DNA from: the human T2T-CHM13v2.0 reference genome, Homo sapiens
DNA length: 64,000 nt
Strand: one strand, 5' to 3'
Assembly: GCF_009914755.1 (NCBI RefSeq)
Contig: NC_060938.1
A program made the position numbers and the translations under genes. Positions 1 to 44,573 of the stretch are shown piece after piece. Numbering within the stretch: position 1 is the stretch's first letter; every line of letters begins with the position of its first letter. The notes beneath the pieces were generated by a model. The model worked only from the letters and a program-made list of their open reading frames with translations. It did no database searches and had not been told where the DNA came from.

Positions 1-26
1 GTGTGACTTTGAGCAAATGACTCTTT

Positions 27-330
27 TTTTTTTCAATATACACAAAGCAATTTTATTTGTATGTACTTGTGGTAAACAATTAGAACATTTCATTCATAAT
101 AGGATAAAAGTATAAAATATTCATGAATAATTTTTTTTCAGAACAGGAATGGAAGTTTATTAAAAAGCTTTAGAGCAGGAATGAAAGAAAGGAAAGTACA
201 CTTGGAAGAGGCCCAAGCAGGCATCTTGGAGGTCAAGTGCGGCATTTGACCTTTGATTTAGGGTGTTATATGTTGGCATACTTCTGGGGTCCTGCCTCCC
301 TTTTTCCTTGATTCTTCCCTTAGGGTGACC
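27..330 (-). mobile_element. L1-machinery retroposed insert (LTR-like U3/R fragment + extra poly(A)-tailed segment) inside a MIR
   Basis: 16-bp TSD GAGCAAATGACTCTTT at 11-26 and 331-346; T-run at 24-33; minus-strand AATAAA at 52-57 and 156-161; internal A8 at 131-138. Confidence 0.75.
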
Positions 331-1649
331 GAGCAAATGACTCTTTAAGCCTGTGTCCACATATGTAAAATATAGTTGTGAAACAGAATGAGATTATGCA
401 TGCAGAGTTGCTGACACAGAGCCTGGCACCTACTGTCCATAGCATAAACATTATTCTTCTCTCTTAACTTTCCAAGTGGATTTGCATGCACAGTGTGGGG
501 AGTGGCTTGGTAGGGAGAGGGGTTGGTGTTTGGAGAGGCAGGAGTCCAAGAAGTGCCTTAGAAGCTATCACCTGAAGCCAGGTGAGAGATAAGCCCTGAA
601 CTAAGGCCCTGGCCATGGGGATAGTTGCAGACTTGAGGGCTAATTGAGAAGTACAATTCCAAAGGTCCTGGCATCTGATTAGCTATGCAGGATAAGAATA
701 GTCTAGACTGATTCCCTTTGGGGCAACTGGCCAGATGATGGTGCCATTTGCTGAGGTAGGAAACCATGAGAGCAGGTGCAGGATTATGGAGAAGATGATG
801 ACCTTCAGGTCAACCATGCTGCCACCAGTGTGCACACCTTTAGGCCCAAAGGTTGGCCAAGAGGTATGTGTTTGCAGCTGGGTAAGTGTGGACAGAGTTT
901 GGATCTATGAACTGGGGGGAAAGAGATCCAAATACATATACCTGAGGTTGAGTGTAGGCTAGAGCCTGAGGGGGAAGAGACGGGGACCAGTAGCAAGCCC
1001 GTGGCTGGAGACCAGCTCTCCTTATCCCACTATGTTCCAGCATAGAACTCCAAGAAATCTGAGAATCAAGACTGTTTCTGTTGCAAGTGGCAGAACTCCA
1101 ATTAAAATTAGCTTGAGCAAGAGAAGAAATGCATCAATTCCTGTAACTGAAATCAGGAATCCATTGCTCGCCATCTCCCTGCTCTGCTTCCTCTAGGCTG
1201 GCTTCTGTCTCAGCCAGGTTCCTGCTTTGCAGTGCCAAGCTAACACTCAGCAGCTCCAGGCTTATATTCTACCAGCTCAGCAACTCAGCAGAAAGAGAGC
1301 TAACTTCCAAAGTTTTAGAAAAAGTCCCAGAGAGGGATCTCATGCCCATCCTTGAACATCCTTGATTGCTGTGGCCAGAGTGAGGAACACAAAAGTTGGC
1401 TAAGCTGCAAGCCTACCCCCAAGAGGGGTGACATCAGACCCACATGACAATACAGACTGAGGAGATGGTTCCCCAAAAGAAAATCAGGGTGCTATTACCA
1501 GAAAAGGCGAGTGGATGCTGAGCAGACACCCATCATAGATATGCTGAGTTTGAGGTGCTATATAGCATTGTGGGTGATATCCAGTGGTCTCAGGTTGGAG
1601 AGAGATGTCCCAATGGAGGTATAGCTTGAGAAATCACCTGAGGACTTTA

Positions 1650-2141
<492 letters not shown>

Positions 2142-2719
2142 CTAAGTGGACCTTAGCATTGGGCACTTGGACTACAGAAAGGCCCAGGACTCAGGGTGTC
2201 GCGTCCCCAGGAGGAGGAACTGGAAAGGCAATGCCCAACCCCCTAACTTCTAGACGTCTGGCCCCTGTAGTCTCCCGCCCCTGGCCTCGCCCCTCGTTCC
2301 TAGCTTGTTTGCCACCTAGTGTCTCTCCCGGGAGCAAGAGTCCTCAAAGTTACATCATGTGCGGCTGGGAGGGCGGTGGCGGATGGGGGGCGGGGCCTCG
2401 AAGTCGGGGGCCGAAGAGTGGACCCAGTCCTCCAATGGGAGAGGTGGGTTTGGCGGTTTGGAGGCAGGGGTTGGGGCGGCGGCTGGGCTGACCTGGAGCC
2501 TGGAGCCCCGGGGCCGAGGGAGCTGGCCTGCCAGCGGGGCGGAGGAAAGCTAGTGCCAGCCCTACCAGGTTCCGCCCCCGCGCCTGCCCCCCTCCTTTTT
2601 AAGCGCCTCCCGCCAGCCTCTGCTGTGGCTCGCTTCGCCGCGCTCCCTCCTTCCCCGCCTTCCATACCTCCCCGGCTCCGCTCGGTTCCTGGCCACCCCG
2701 CAGCCCCTGCCCAGGTGCC

Positions 2720-12276
<9,557 letters not shown>

Positions 12277-12658
12277 CCTGAGGCCCTAGTCTAGCAAGAG
12301 GACATAGCACCCTCATCTGGGAATAGGGAAGGCACCTTGCAGAAAATATGAGCAATTTGATATTAACTAACATCTTCAATGTGCCATAGACCTTCCCACA
12401 AAGACTGTCCAATAATAAGAGATGCTTATCTATTTTACACAAGATTTGTGCTGTTTTCATTTCCCACCTATCTTCACAGGCTTCCCTCTAACACCTGTCT
12501 CACAATCATCTTCTTCCAGCCCCTAGAAGAAGCACAGCCTGGCACAATCAAAGATCTGTTTTACAGGTAGCTCTAGCACTGGGTCACAGACATAGGAATT
12601 GCTGGGAGAAGGCACTATCCACTCTATGTCCTGAGTTCTTAAAAAAAAAAAAATGGTG

Positions 12659-21703
<9,045 letters not shown>

Positions 21704-21999
21704 TGATTCCGTCACATTCTGGGAGAACGCAGGTAAAATCAATCAATAAATAAAGATCCCGATTTTCCAGGCTGGATAACCCAGAAACCACGGAATCCTA
21801 AAGTCTCAATAAACGTTAAAGCACAGATAGTAAGTAATCTGGCAATAGAGGATGGGCGCCCAGCAGACCGCCTACATAATCAGTGGAGCCGAGTGCAAGA
21901 TGAAAATACCAGGCACTTGCTTTAAAATTACTAATAATTTCAAGACCGTTAACACTAGAACATTAAACCAAACATTCAGGACCCTTCTAAGCGCAGAGG

Positions 22000-23650
22000 C
22001 CATCAAAGCTAGCCCTGGTGACAAGCTCAGGTCTCCGGATCTAGAGACTAGGAGACGTCGCCCGAAAGCTGGCCAAACCCTCGCCCTCACTGGGAGAGGC
22101 CCCAGGAGGGCCCAAGAAGGCCACGAGCCCTCGCTCCCATCCCTGCCCTCAGGAGCGGGCGGAGGGAAGCTCGCAGCTTTCCCAAGGAAGTGCAGGCTGC
22201 AGGGAATGAAGTTCAGCTCGGACCCTGAGCCTCTGAGCCCGAGACAGCAAGGTCATTCAACCCACACGTCCCCACCCAGCCAGGGCGAGGATCAGAGATG
22301 TGGCAACTCCCGGCCTTGGACTCAGGCTTGTTACTCATAAACCCGCAGGAGGGGGCAGGAGGGGGCAGGAGGCGGCGAGCGCGCACCCTGGACCCGCGGC
22401 CGGGGGCGGAGAGGCACCGCGAGGACAGAGGGACTAGCGAAGGTCTGCAAATCCCGGAGGGCCAAGGGAGCGTCAAAGGGGACAGCGGAACCGGAAAAGC
22501 TTTGACAGAAAGACGCGTGTATTAGGGAACGTCTGCAAAGACCGCGGCGGAAAGCCAGGGATTGTCTTAAAAAATTGTCAGACCGGATAAAGGGAGGTCT
22601 AAAAGGGGACCGTCCCAAGAGCAAGGCTTCCAAAAGCTAAGCCCGGAAGGACGGTATGGAGGTCTACTGGGACGCTGGGCACCCCTTAGGGCAGAACCGA
22701 CTGGAGCTGCGGCCAGCGACAGAAGAACGGCTCCAGCTGGACAGGGGAAGCAGTGGGGAGAAAGGAGGCCCTTGGGCACTGTCTGAAAAGTGCGATGCCA
22801 AATGATCTTTAGGGACAGACAGTAAATTATATCCCTTGCTAAAATACCTCTCGGTAGCGAACCACCAAACGTTTCTTTTTTAAGCCCCGCCTCTCAGCCG
22901 TTACGCCTAGTTCGGCTGTCTCTGATTCAGGAAGCTGGCAGTTCCCACTTACTCCTCCCCAGCAAGAGCTAACAGCCCTCCTTGGGTGTGCACTTTCTCC
23001 TCCCCTCAGGCACCTCGCGCATTCTCCCGCCTACCTATCAATCATCGTGCTCCGCTGTCCAGTTGGCTGGCCAAGGGGGCGGGGCCGTCGTGTGACGTTT
23101 GCAGCCCGCCGGCCAGGAAGCCGCGAGATGCGTGACGAGCGAAGCGCGTGACGGAGGAGCGGTTGGCCAACGCAGTGGCGGCAGTCGGTGTAAACAAGGC
23201 CTCGCGCCGCTGCGGGTCCTGCGACCGCTCCTGGCTGGTGGGTGGTCTCGCGTGGGGCGGTTACCGCCGGCTTCAGTGGGAGGTGCTTCTCGGCTTCCTC
23301 CCCCTCATGGCGTACACACCCCCGGCGCACCACGTGGGCGTGAGGCGAGGAAGGAGGGGTGTTAGGCCAAATTCTATTTTCATTGGCTGTCACTGCTGCC
23401 GGCCTTTGTAAGGGGGCGCTCTGATTGGTCGATAAGGTGGGGGCGTCGAGGGTCTTTGAGTCCTAAGGCTTCTAATTGGTTAGATGAGATAAGCTAGTGA
23501 AGCGCTTTCTTCCGAGAGGGATTTCGATTGGTCGGTCAGAGAGGTTACCTGGAAATCCAACACCGCCCAACACCCCTCCCGCTCCCCAGTCCGGGGACTT
23601 CGATAGGTGAGTTTGGTGTAGAAAACAAATCTTTCTTCAGTTGGTGAGCT
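22000..23650. promoter_or_regulatory. CpG-island promoter of DCAF11, probably bidirectional
   Basis: CpG rich; GC box at about 23077; three GTGACG half-CRE sites at about 23092-23153; four reverse CCAAT boxes at about 23382-23533; plus-strand donors near 23238 and 23607 for alternative first exons. Confidence 0.75.
23035..23260 (-). other. NRL: Probable non-coding upstream first exon of NRL, head-to-head with DCAF11; its intron would span PCK2
   Basis: Minus-strand donor GATAG|GTAGGC at 23035/23034 inside the CpG island. Assignment to NRL rests on recalled locus organisation; NRL coding exons are not in this window and the 5' end is approximate. Confidence 0.5.
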
Positions 23651-23907
23651 AGGGTAGCGCACTACGGTTCACTCTTGCTTTCTTTGCTTCACAGGATTGG
23701 AGAAGGTTTGTGTTCCCGACGCCTTGGTAGTTGGCATAGGCTAAAGAAAAGGGATCTCAGCCCCGAGGAAGGGTCACCCTCCTAGAGATAGCTACTACCC
23801 CGTCTCAGGAGACCCTGGTATTTCTAGAGCACGCTTTGCTTTCACCAAACCCAAGGAGGTGACAGGAGGAGCCCCCGCACAGGACCTAAGAATGCTGTGA
23901 CCAGAAG

Positions 23908-31621
<7,714 letters not shown>

Positions 31622-32320
31622 ATCCAACCTCCAGCCCCATATAGGGTGAACCTCTTGATAAGCTCTCTGCCTCCTCCTCCCTTTCTCCCTTGTGGGGAAT
31701 GTTTGGAGGAATCACTGGCATTTGATGGGGAATAACATAAGCCTGGGCTCTGAGCCTCAGCTGAGCCCTGGAAGATTCTCCCCATGGGGCAGAGTGGTCT
31801 CCTTACGTGCTCACACCCAGTCAGCTTGGGTCCCTATCTCTGGCCAGAGTTTGGCAGGACTGCCATTATCTGGGGTGTGGCCTCTGCCAGCAAGAGAAGT
31901 GTCCTGGGTGTTTTTAATCATGTTTGAATGTTAGGGGTTGGATCCTAGAGTAGATGCCTGAGGCCACATCTGAACAGACCTGTCAGCCAGGCCTGCCAGG
32001 TCTTCACGTTGAGGATTCAACTGGCCAATCACAGGACAGGTGTCCTGGCCTTTCTTCCTGAGGTCTCTAGGGGAGGGGCATGGGTAAGGGTGTTTCCTCA
32101 GCACCCTCCTGGGGTGGGGATTATGTCTGCTGTCATGTCTGGGTCTTTAGGGTAGGACAGGCTGTGGTATGAGAGGCAGGAGTCTCCACAAGGCTTCATG
32201 TGGCCCCTTATAGGGCAGGCCCTGCCCTCTGGGAAGGTCCCTTCATGCTGGAGGCACACAGCTTTAAGGAAGTAGGTTGAAGTAGGACTCCTTCGTCCTC
32301 TCACTGGCTTTGGCTCCCTC

Positions 32321-32326
32321 AATAAA
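32321..32326 (+). terminator. DCAF11 poly(A) signal
   Basis: AATAAA about 700 nt after the stop, followed by a GT/CT-rich tract. Confidence 0.7.
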
Positions 32327-32936
32327 CTGTGTGGGAACCTGGCTCAGTGTCTGTCTCTCTCTCTCACTCTCTGTTTTTCCTATCTGAGGTCTTTCATCTC
32401 CTCACTTCAGGAAAACACAGTTCAGCAAAGTCTTCAGATGCGATCCTGTGTAGGAGAAAATACCCTTCTGGTGCCCCATGAAAAAGGGAAATACCAAAAC
32501 CATTTGTTCACTGAGCCTTGCAATAGGTGCTCCCTTACCAATTTCAGAAGCTTCCCTGCAAGTAGATATCGAGAGAGCACACTTTCCATTAGAGCCTGGT
32601 AATACCCATATCACCTCTGCTCTGAGGCTGGGCCTGCAGCTGTGTAGTCTTTGGAAGAGGTAGCCCCTGAACGCAGAGCCTAAGAGAAGCAAGTCGGCCC
32701 TGACGCCAGGCCCCAGTGGGCGCCTCACACTCAGAACCTCATACCCCAGAGCAAACCGATGGTCAGGGAGAGGGCTAGAGCTCACACCCAGCTCGGAATA
32801 GATCTTCCCTGATGACATTTCATGCCCTCTAAGGCAGTTTTTAAATGAAGGTACACACATCCAGGGGTGTTCACAGGCTTTCACAGCAAGGGTACCTATT
32901 TCATGGCAAAATAGGCAGTTTTAAAAGAATAAACAA

Positions 32937-38643
<5,707 letters not shown>

Positions 38644-39870
38644 TAGTTCAAAATTCTTTTATAGGGTTCATTGAAGGTCACTATTCCAAGGTATGGGCTT
38701 TAGGATCTGGAAGGAATCTGATTGATTATCCAATCTGTCTTGATCAGTTTATAAAGGAAATTGATTTACTGAGGACTGAAGAGGGTTCATTGATTTTCCT
38801 AAAGTCACACAGTTGGGCCCAGAACTCAGGTGTCCTTGCTTGCTCATTCCTTTCACTACTTCCGCTGTGCTCTGAAATCCCACCACTGGTTTTGAGGAAT
38901 GAGGAAGAAAGAAAAAGTGATCTCGAAACAGTTACTGACTAACAGGCACTCTCCGTGGATAGGTAGCTGTCTGCCCTGCTGTCGCCGCCTCAGCAGTCAG
39001 ACTGGGAGGGCAGGCTTATATGGAGAGCCCTGAGGCCCAGGGTAGTTGGTTGGAGGATGGAACTTAAGGTTTCAATTGACTCCTGTCTGGCAATTGCCCT
39101 TTTAGGGTCTCCTCTACCTCTGTCACCTGGGAGTAAACCTAATCTTTAGGGATCTGAGGGTCAACGTGATCAACAGATGAAACCGCCAGTTTATACAGCA
39201 GCCCTGGGCCAAACTAGTCCCTTAGAGACCCTCAATCCAGACAGGAACTAGGGCAGAGCCAAGCTGCTGGGGTCACAGGGCACTGAAGTGGATACCCATG
39301 CTGATCTGCCTCCCAAGGCCTATGATGGCCACAGTGCTGTGCACAGCCACCTTGCTGCATCCTGCTGTTGGTGGGCTCTTGTGCTCAGAACCCCAGGAGA
39401 AGGGCTAGATCACACTGATAAGACTGGCAGCTTTTTTTAAAAAACGACTTTCAAGGTTTGGTTATTTTTATCTCCATGACCTCTGATATCCCTGTGGAGC
39501 AAATGGTAAAGTAGGGGTGGGTGGAGAGGGACTTTGGCAGACTATGGACAAGGACAGCCCTGAACAGCTGGCCCTGTCACAGGAACTGGAACATGGTCGG
39601 AGCCAAGGACACAGGACTAACAGGAAAGGACACAGACTGCTGTCAGGACACATACTACCACACACCCGAGGCCAGGACCCTGCTGACGTGGCAGACCTCC
39701 ACCCTGGCCCCTTACTGCCCCCCGCCCCTCTCCCCCACCTGCCAGCTGCCAACAGGGCTCTGCCTTGTGTCTGCCACACCTGTCACTGCCTATCCTTGTC
39801 CAGGGGGGGCCCCATCAGCCCCTCCTCAGCTGCCCAGCAAAGCAAGCAGTTAGTGGGGAGGGGAGGGAAC

Positions 39871-41130
39871 ATGGAGCGGGGGCCGGTGGTGGGGGCAGGA
39901 CTGGGGGCCGGGGCCCGAATCCAGGCACTGCTGGGCTGCCTGCTCAAGGTGCTGCTCTGGGTGGCCTCTGCCTTGCTGTACTTTGGAAGCGAACAGGCCG
40001 CCCGCCTTCTGGGCAGCCCCTGCTTACGGCGCCTCTACCATGCCTGGCTGGCAGCAGTGGTCATCTTTGGGCCGCTTCTGCAGTTCCATGTCAACCCTCG
40101 GACTATCTTCGCCAGCCACGGCAACTTCTTCAACATGTGAGTCCACTCAAGGCTGTGGGAGCCGGGTCCCTGCACTCTGGGATCCTAGCTCCCTTCTCCA
40201 GGCTTCTGTCCTCCTGCCAGTCTGAACACTAAAAATAGGCTAGGAGGTTGAGGAAAAGGTCGGGGGAGGGGGAAGGGAACAGAGCCCTGGGGTACAGGGG
40301 AAGTTGGGAACAGGACTAAAGAGGAAATATGGACCCTGGAATGCTGAATTGTCTTCCAAGGAGATAGCAAAGGTTAAATGACTGGGGGCTGTAAAGGGCA
40401 CGGCAAGGAGAGAACCAGTGATGATGTGTAGGGTTGGGGAGAGTGCAGTGATGGGAGCACAGACCAGGGTGGGAGATGGAGCTTGGGGTCTCAATAGTCT
40501 CCCTTCTTTGCCCACAGAAAATTTGTGAATTCAGCCTGGGGCTGGACATGCACTTTCTTAGGGGGCTTTGTGTTGCTGGTGGTGTTCCTGGCTACACGGC
40601 GCGTGGCAGTAACTGCCAGACACCTGAGCCGACTGGTAGTAGGGGCAGCCGTGTGGCGGGGAGCCGGCCGGGCCTTCCTGCTCATCGAGGACCTGACTGG
40701 CTCCTGCTTCGAGCCACTGCCCCAGGGTCTGCTGCTCCACGAGCTGCCTGACCGCCGCAGCTGCCTGGCAGCCGGCCACCAGTGGCGAGGCTACACCGTC
40801 TCCTCCCACACCTTCCTGCTCACCTTTTGCTGCCTGCTCATGGCAGAGGAAGCAGCTGTGTTCGCCAAGTACCTGGCCCATGGGCTTCCTGCCGGCGCCC
40901 CACTGCGCCTTGTCTTCCTGCTGAACGTGCTGCTGCTGGGCCTCTGGAACTTCTTGCTGCTCTGTACCGTCATCTATTTCCACCAGTACACTCACAAGGT
41001 GGTGGGCGCCGCAGTGGGCACCTTTGCCTGGTACCTCACCTATGGCAGCTGGTATCATCAGCCCTGGTCTCCAGGGAGCCCAGGCCATGGGCTCTTCCCC
41101 CGTCCCCACTCCAGCCGCAAGCATAACTGA
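39871..41130 (+). CDS. FITM1: Fat storage-inducing transmembrane protein 1; 2 exons, 292 aa
   Basis: Exons 39871-40136 and 40518-41130 (879 nt). MERGPVVGAG start, several hydrophobic TM segments, FIT signature SSHTFLLTFCCLLMAEE and YFHQYTHK; AATAAA at 41135-41140. Confidence 0.97.
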
Positions 41131-41701
41131 AAGAAATAAAAACCATCGGGCCTGGCTGTGGCTCCTCTCATCATTTGGTTGGGTCCTTGAAAGGGTGGGA
41201 AGAGGGTCTGGTAGTCACTAGGGTTCCCCAGCCATTCCTTGCTCTCATCAACCTTGAATGTCCTTCCTTATGCTTGACCTCCATCCCTCCAGCTGTCCTT
41301 TCAGTCTCCTAGTTTTTGCAGACTTCAGGCTATCTGGGGACTGAGACATCCAGGAATGGTGCTTCTAAGGTAATGCCCTTAGGTGTGGGCATCATTCTTG
41401 CTGAGCAGTTGCTCCATCTCCAGCCTGTTTGATTGTTTTTCCTGCCTTCTCCACTGAATCTCCACTCCCTCTCTTCAGGGGCCTACCTATCTGGGCACTC
41501 CTCGCAGGGACTTTTCCTACCCTGTCTTCCCCGTAGGGGGTCTGTATGTGCTCATCTATTTAACAAATGTTTATTGAGCTGAGCATAGTTCTATGCCATG
41601 TAAATAAGACAAGATTTCTGCTGTTTGGAGGCATATGAGCTAACTGGGGAAGGCAGATAATAGATCACACAAATAATAGCAAAACACTTGCACTGCGTTT
41701 A

Positions 41702-43470
<1,769 letters not shown>

Positions 43471-44507
43471 TCAGTAAATTATCCTGGAAAAAAAAAAAAA
43501 AACACCTGGCTAATATCAGAGAGATAAATGCTATGAATGTACTAAAACAGGATGATTTGTAATAGATTTGGAGGGAGGTTCCTTATAAAGGATGATGAAA
43601 ATAGTTCTCTCTGAAGAGGTGACATCTAAACTGAGAACCGAATGACAACACCCAGGGTAAGGGTGTTTTAGGCAAAGGGATTATTAGCAAGGGCAAAGGC
43701 CCTGAGGCAGAAATGAACATGACACATCTGAGAAACAAATAGCCCAAATATTTGCAAGTGTAATGAATGAAGGGGCAAGCAGTAGAAAGTGGACTTAAAG
43801 GGGAGACAGGTGCGACAGCCTTTTGGATTTCATTCAAAGGTCAACAGGCAGCTGAGAAAGGGTTTTAAGCCAGAGAGAGGCATGAACCCGCTGCTCCGTG
43901 AGAGTGGGTTATAGAATGGCATCTGCAGCCGTGGTCCAGGAGAGAGTTGGTCCGGGCTTGGATAGGGATGCTGCCAGCTCTGGTGCCGGTGTTGCTACAG
44001 GTGCGCAGGATGTCGGCAGAGCCAGAGGCCCACGCTAGCAAGGCTAGGAAAGACAGGCCAGGTCTTATTCCATCTCTAGGGAAAGACGGAAGAGCCCTAA
44101 GTAAAGCTTATCTGTCCCAGGCGGAGCAGGGGAAGAAGAGAGCAGGTGGGGAGCCAGTTGGGAGGCGGGAGGTGGAGGTTGGGACGCGGAGAGACTGGCT
44201 TGGGCTTGGCGATGGGAGGACCCGGACCCGCCGTCCTCAGGCGGCGGGCGGCAGGTGGCGGGAGGCGGGAGGCGGGGACCGGGCCAGCGGAGGTGGGGAG
44301 CCTGGAAGCTGGCCCTCGCGAGGCGGCGCGGGGAGGGTGGGTGAAGAGCGCCTGTGCGCGCTAGGCGGAGCCTCACCCGCCGCCCTCCTCTGCGGCACCG
44401 CCCCTTCCATGGCAGGGCTGACCCCGCCTCCTCCATCCGACCCCGCCTCCTCCAGCCCTCCCCGCCCCACTACCCAGGAAGGCGGAGCTGGGTGCGAGCG
44501 CCCTACC

Positions 44508-44520
44508 GCTTTCGCTTTCC
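44508..44520 (+). promoter_or_regulatory. ISRE/IRF-E of PSME1 within CpG island (about 44100-44950)
   Basis: GCTTTCGCTTTCC fits TTTCNNTTTC; PA28 genes are known to be interferon-inducible. Confidence 0.8.
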
Positions 44521-44573
44521 CTTCGCGGTGCCCACTCCACTCCTTGTGCGGCGCTAGGCCCCCCGTCCCGGTC

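Noticed and set aside
1060-1530. Possible old MaLR (MLT1-like) LTR and nearby L2 fragments
   Set aside because: Too diverged to set family or boundaries by eye.
40558-41124. 188-aa antisense ORF over FITM1 exon 2
   Set aside because: Shadow frame of a GC-rich coding exon; no promoter, splice or domain support.
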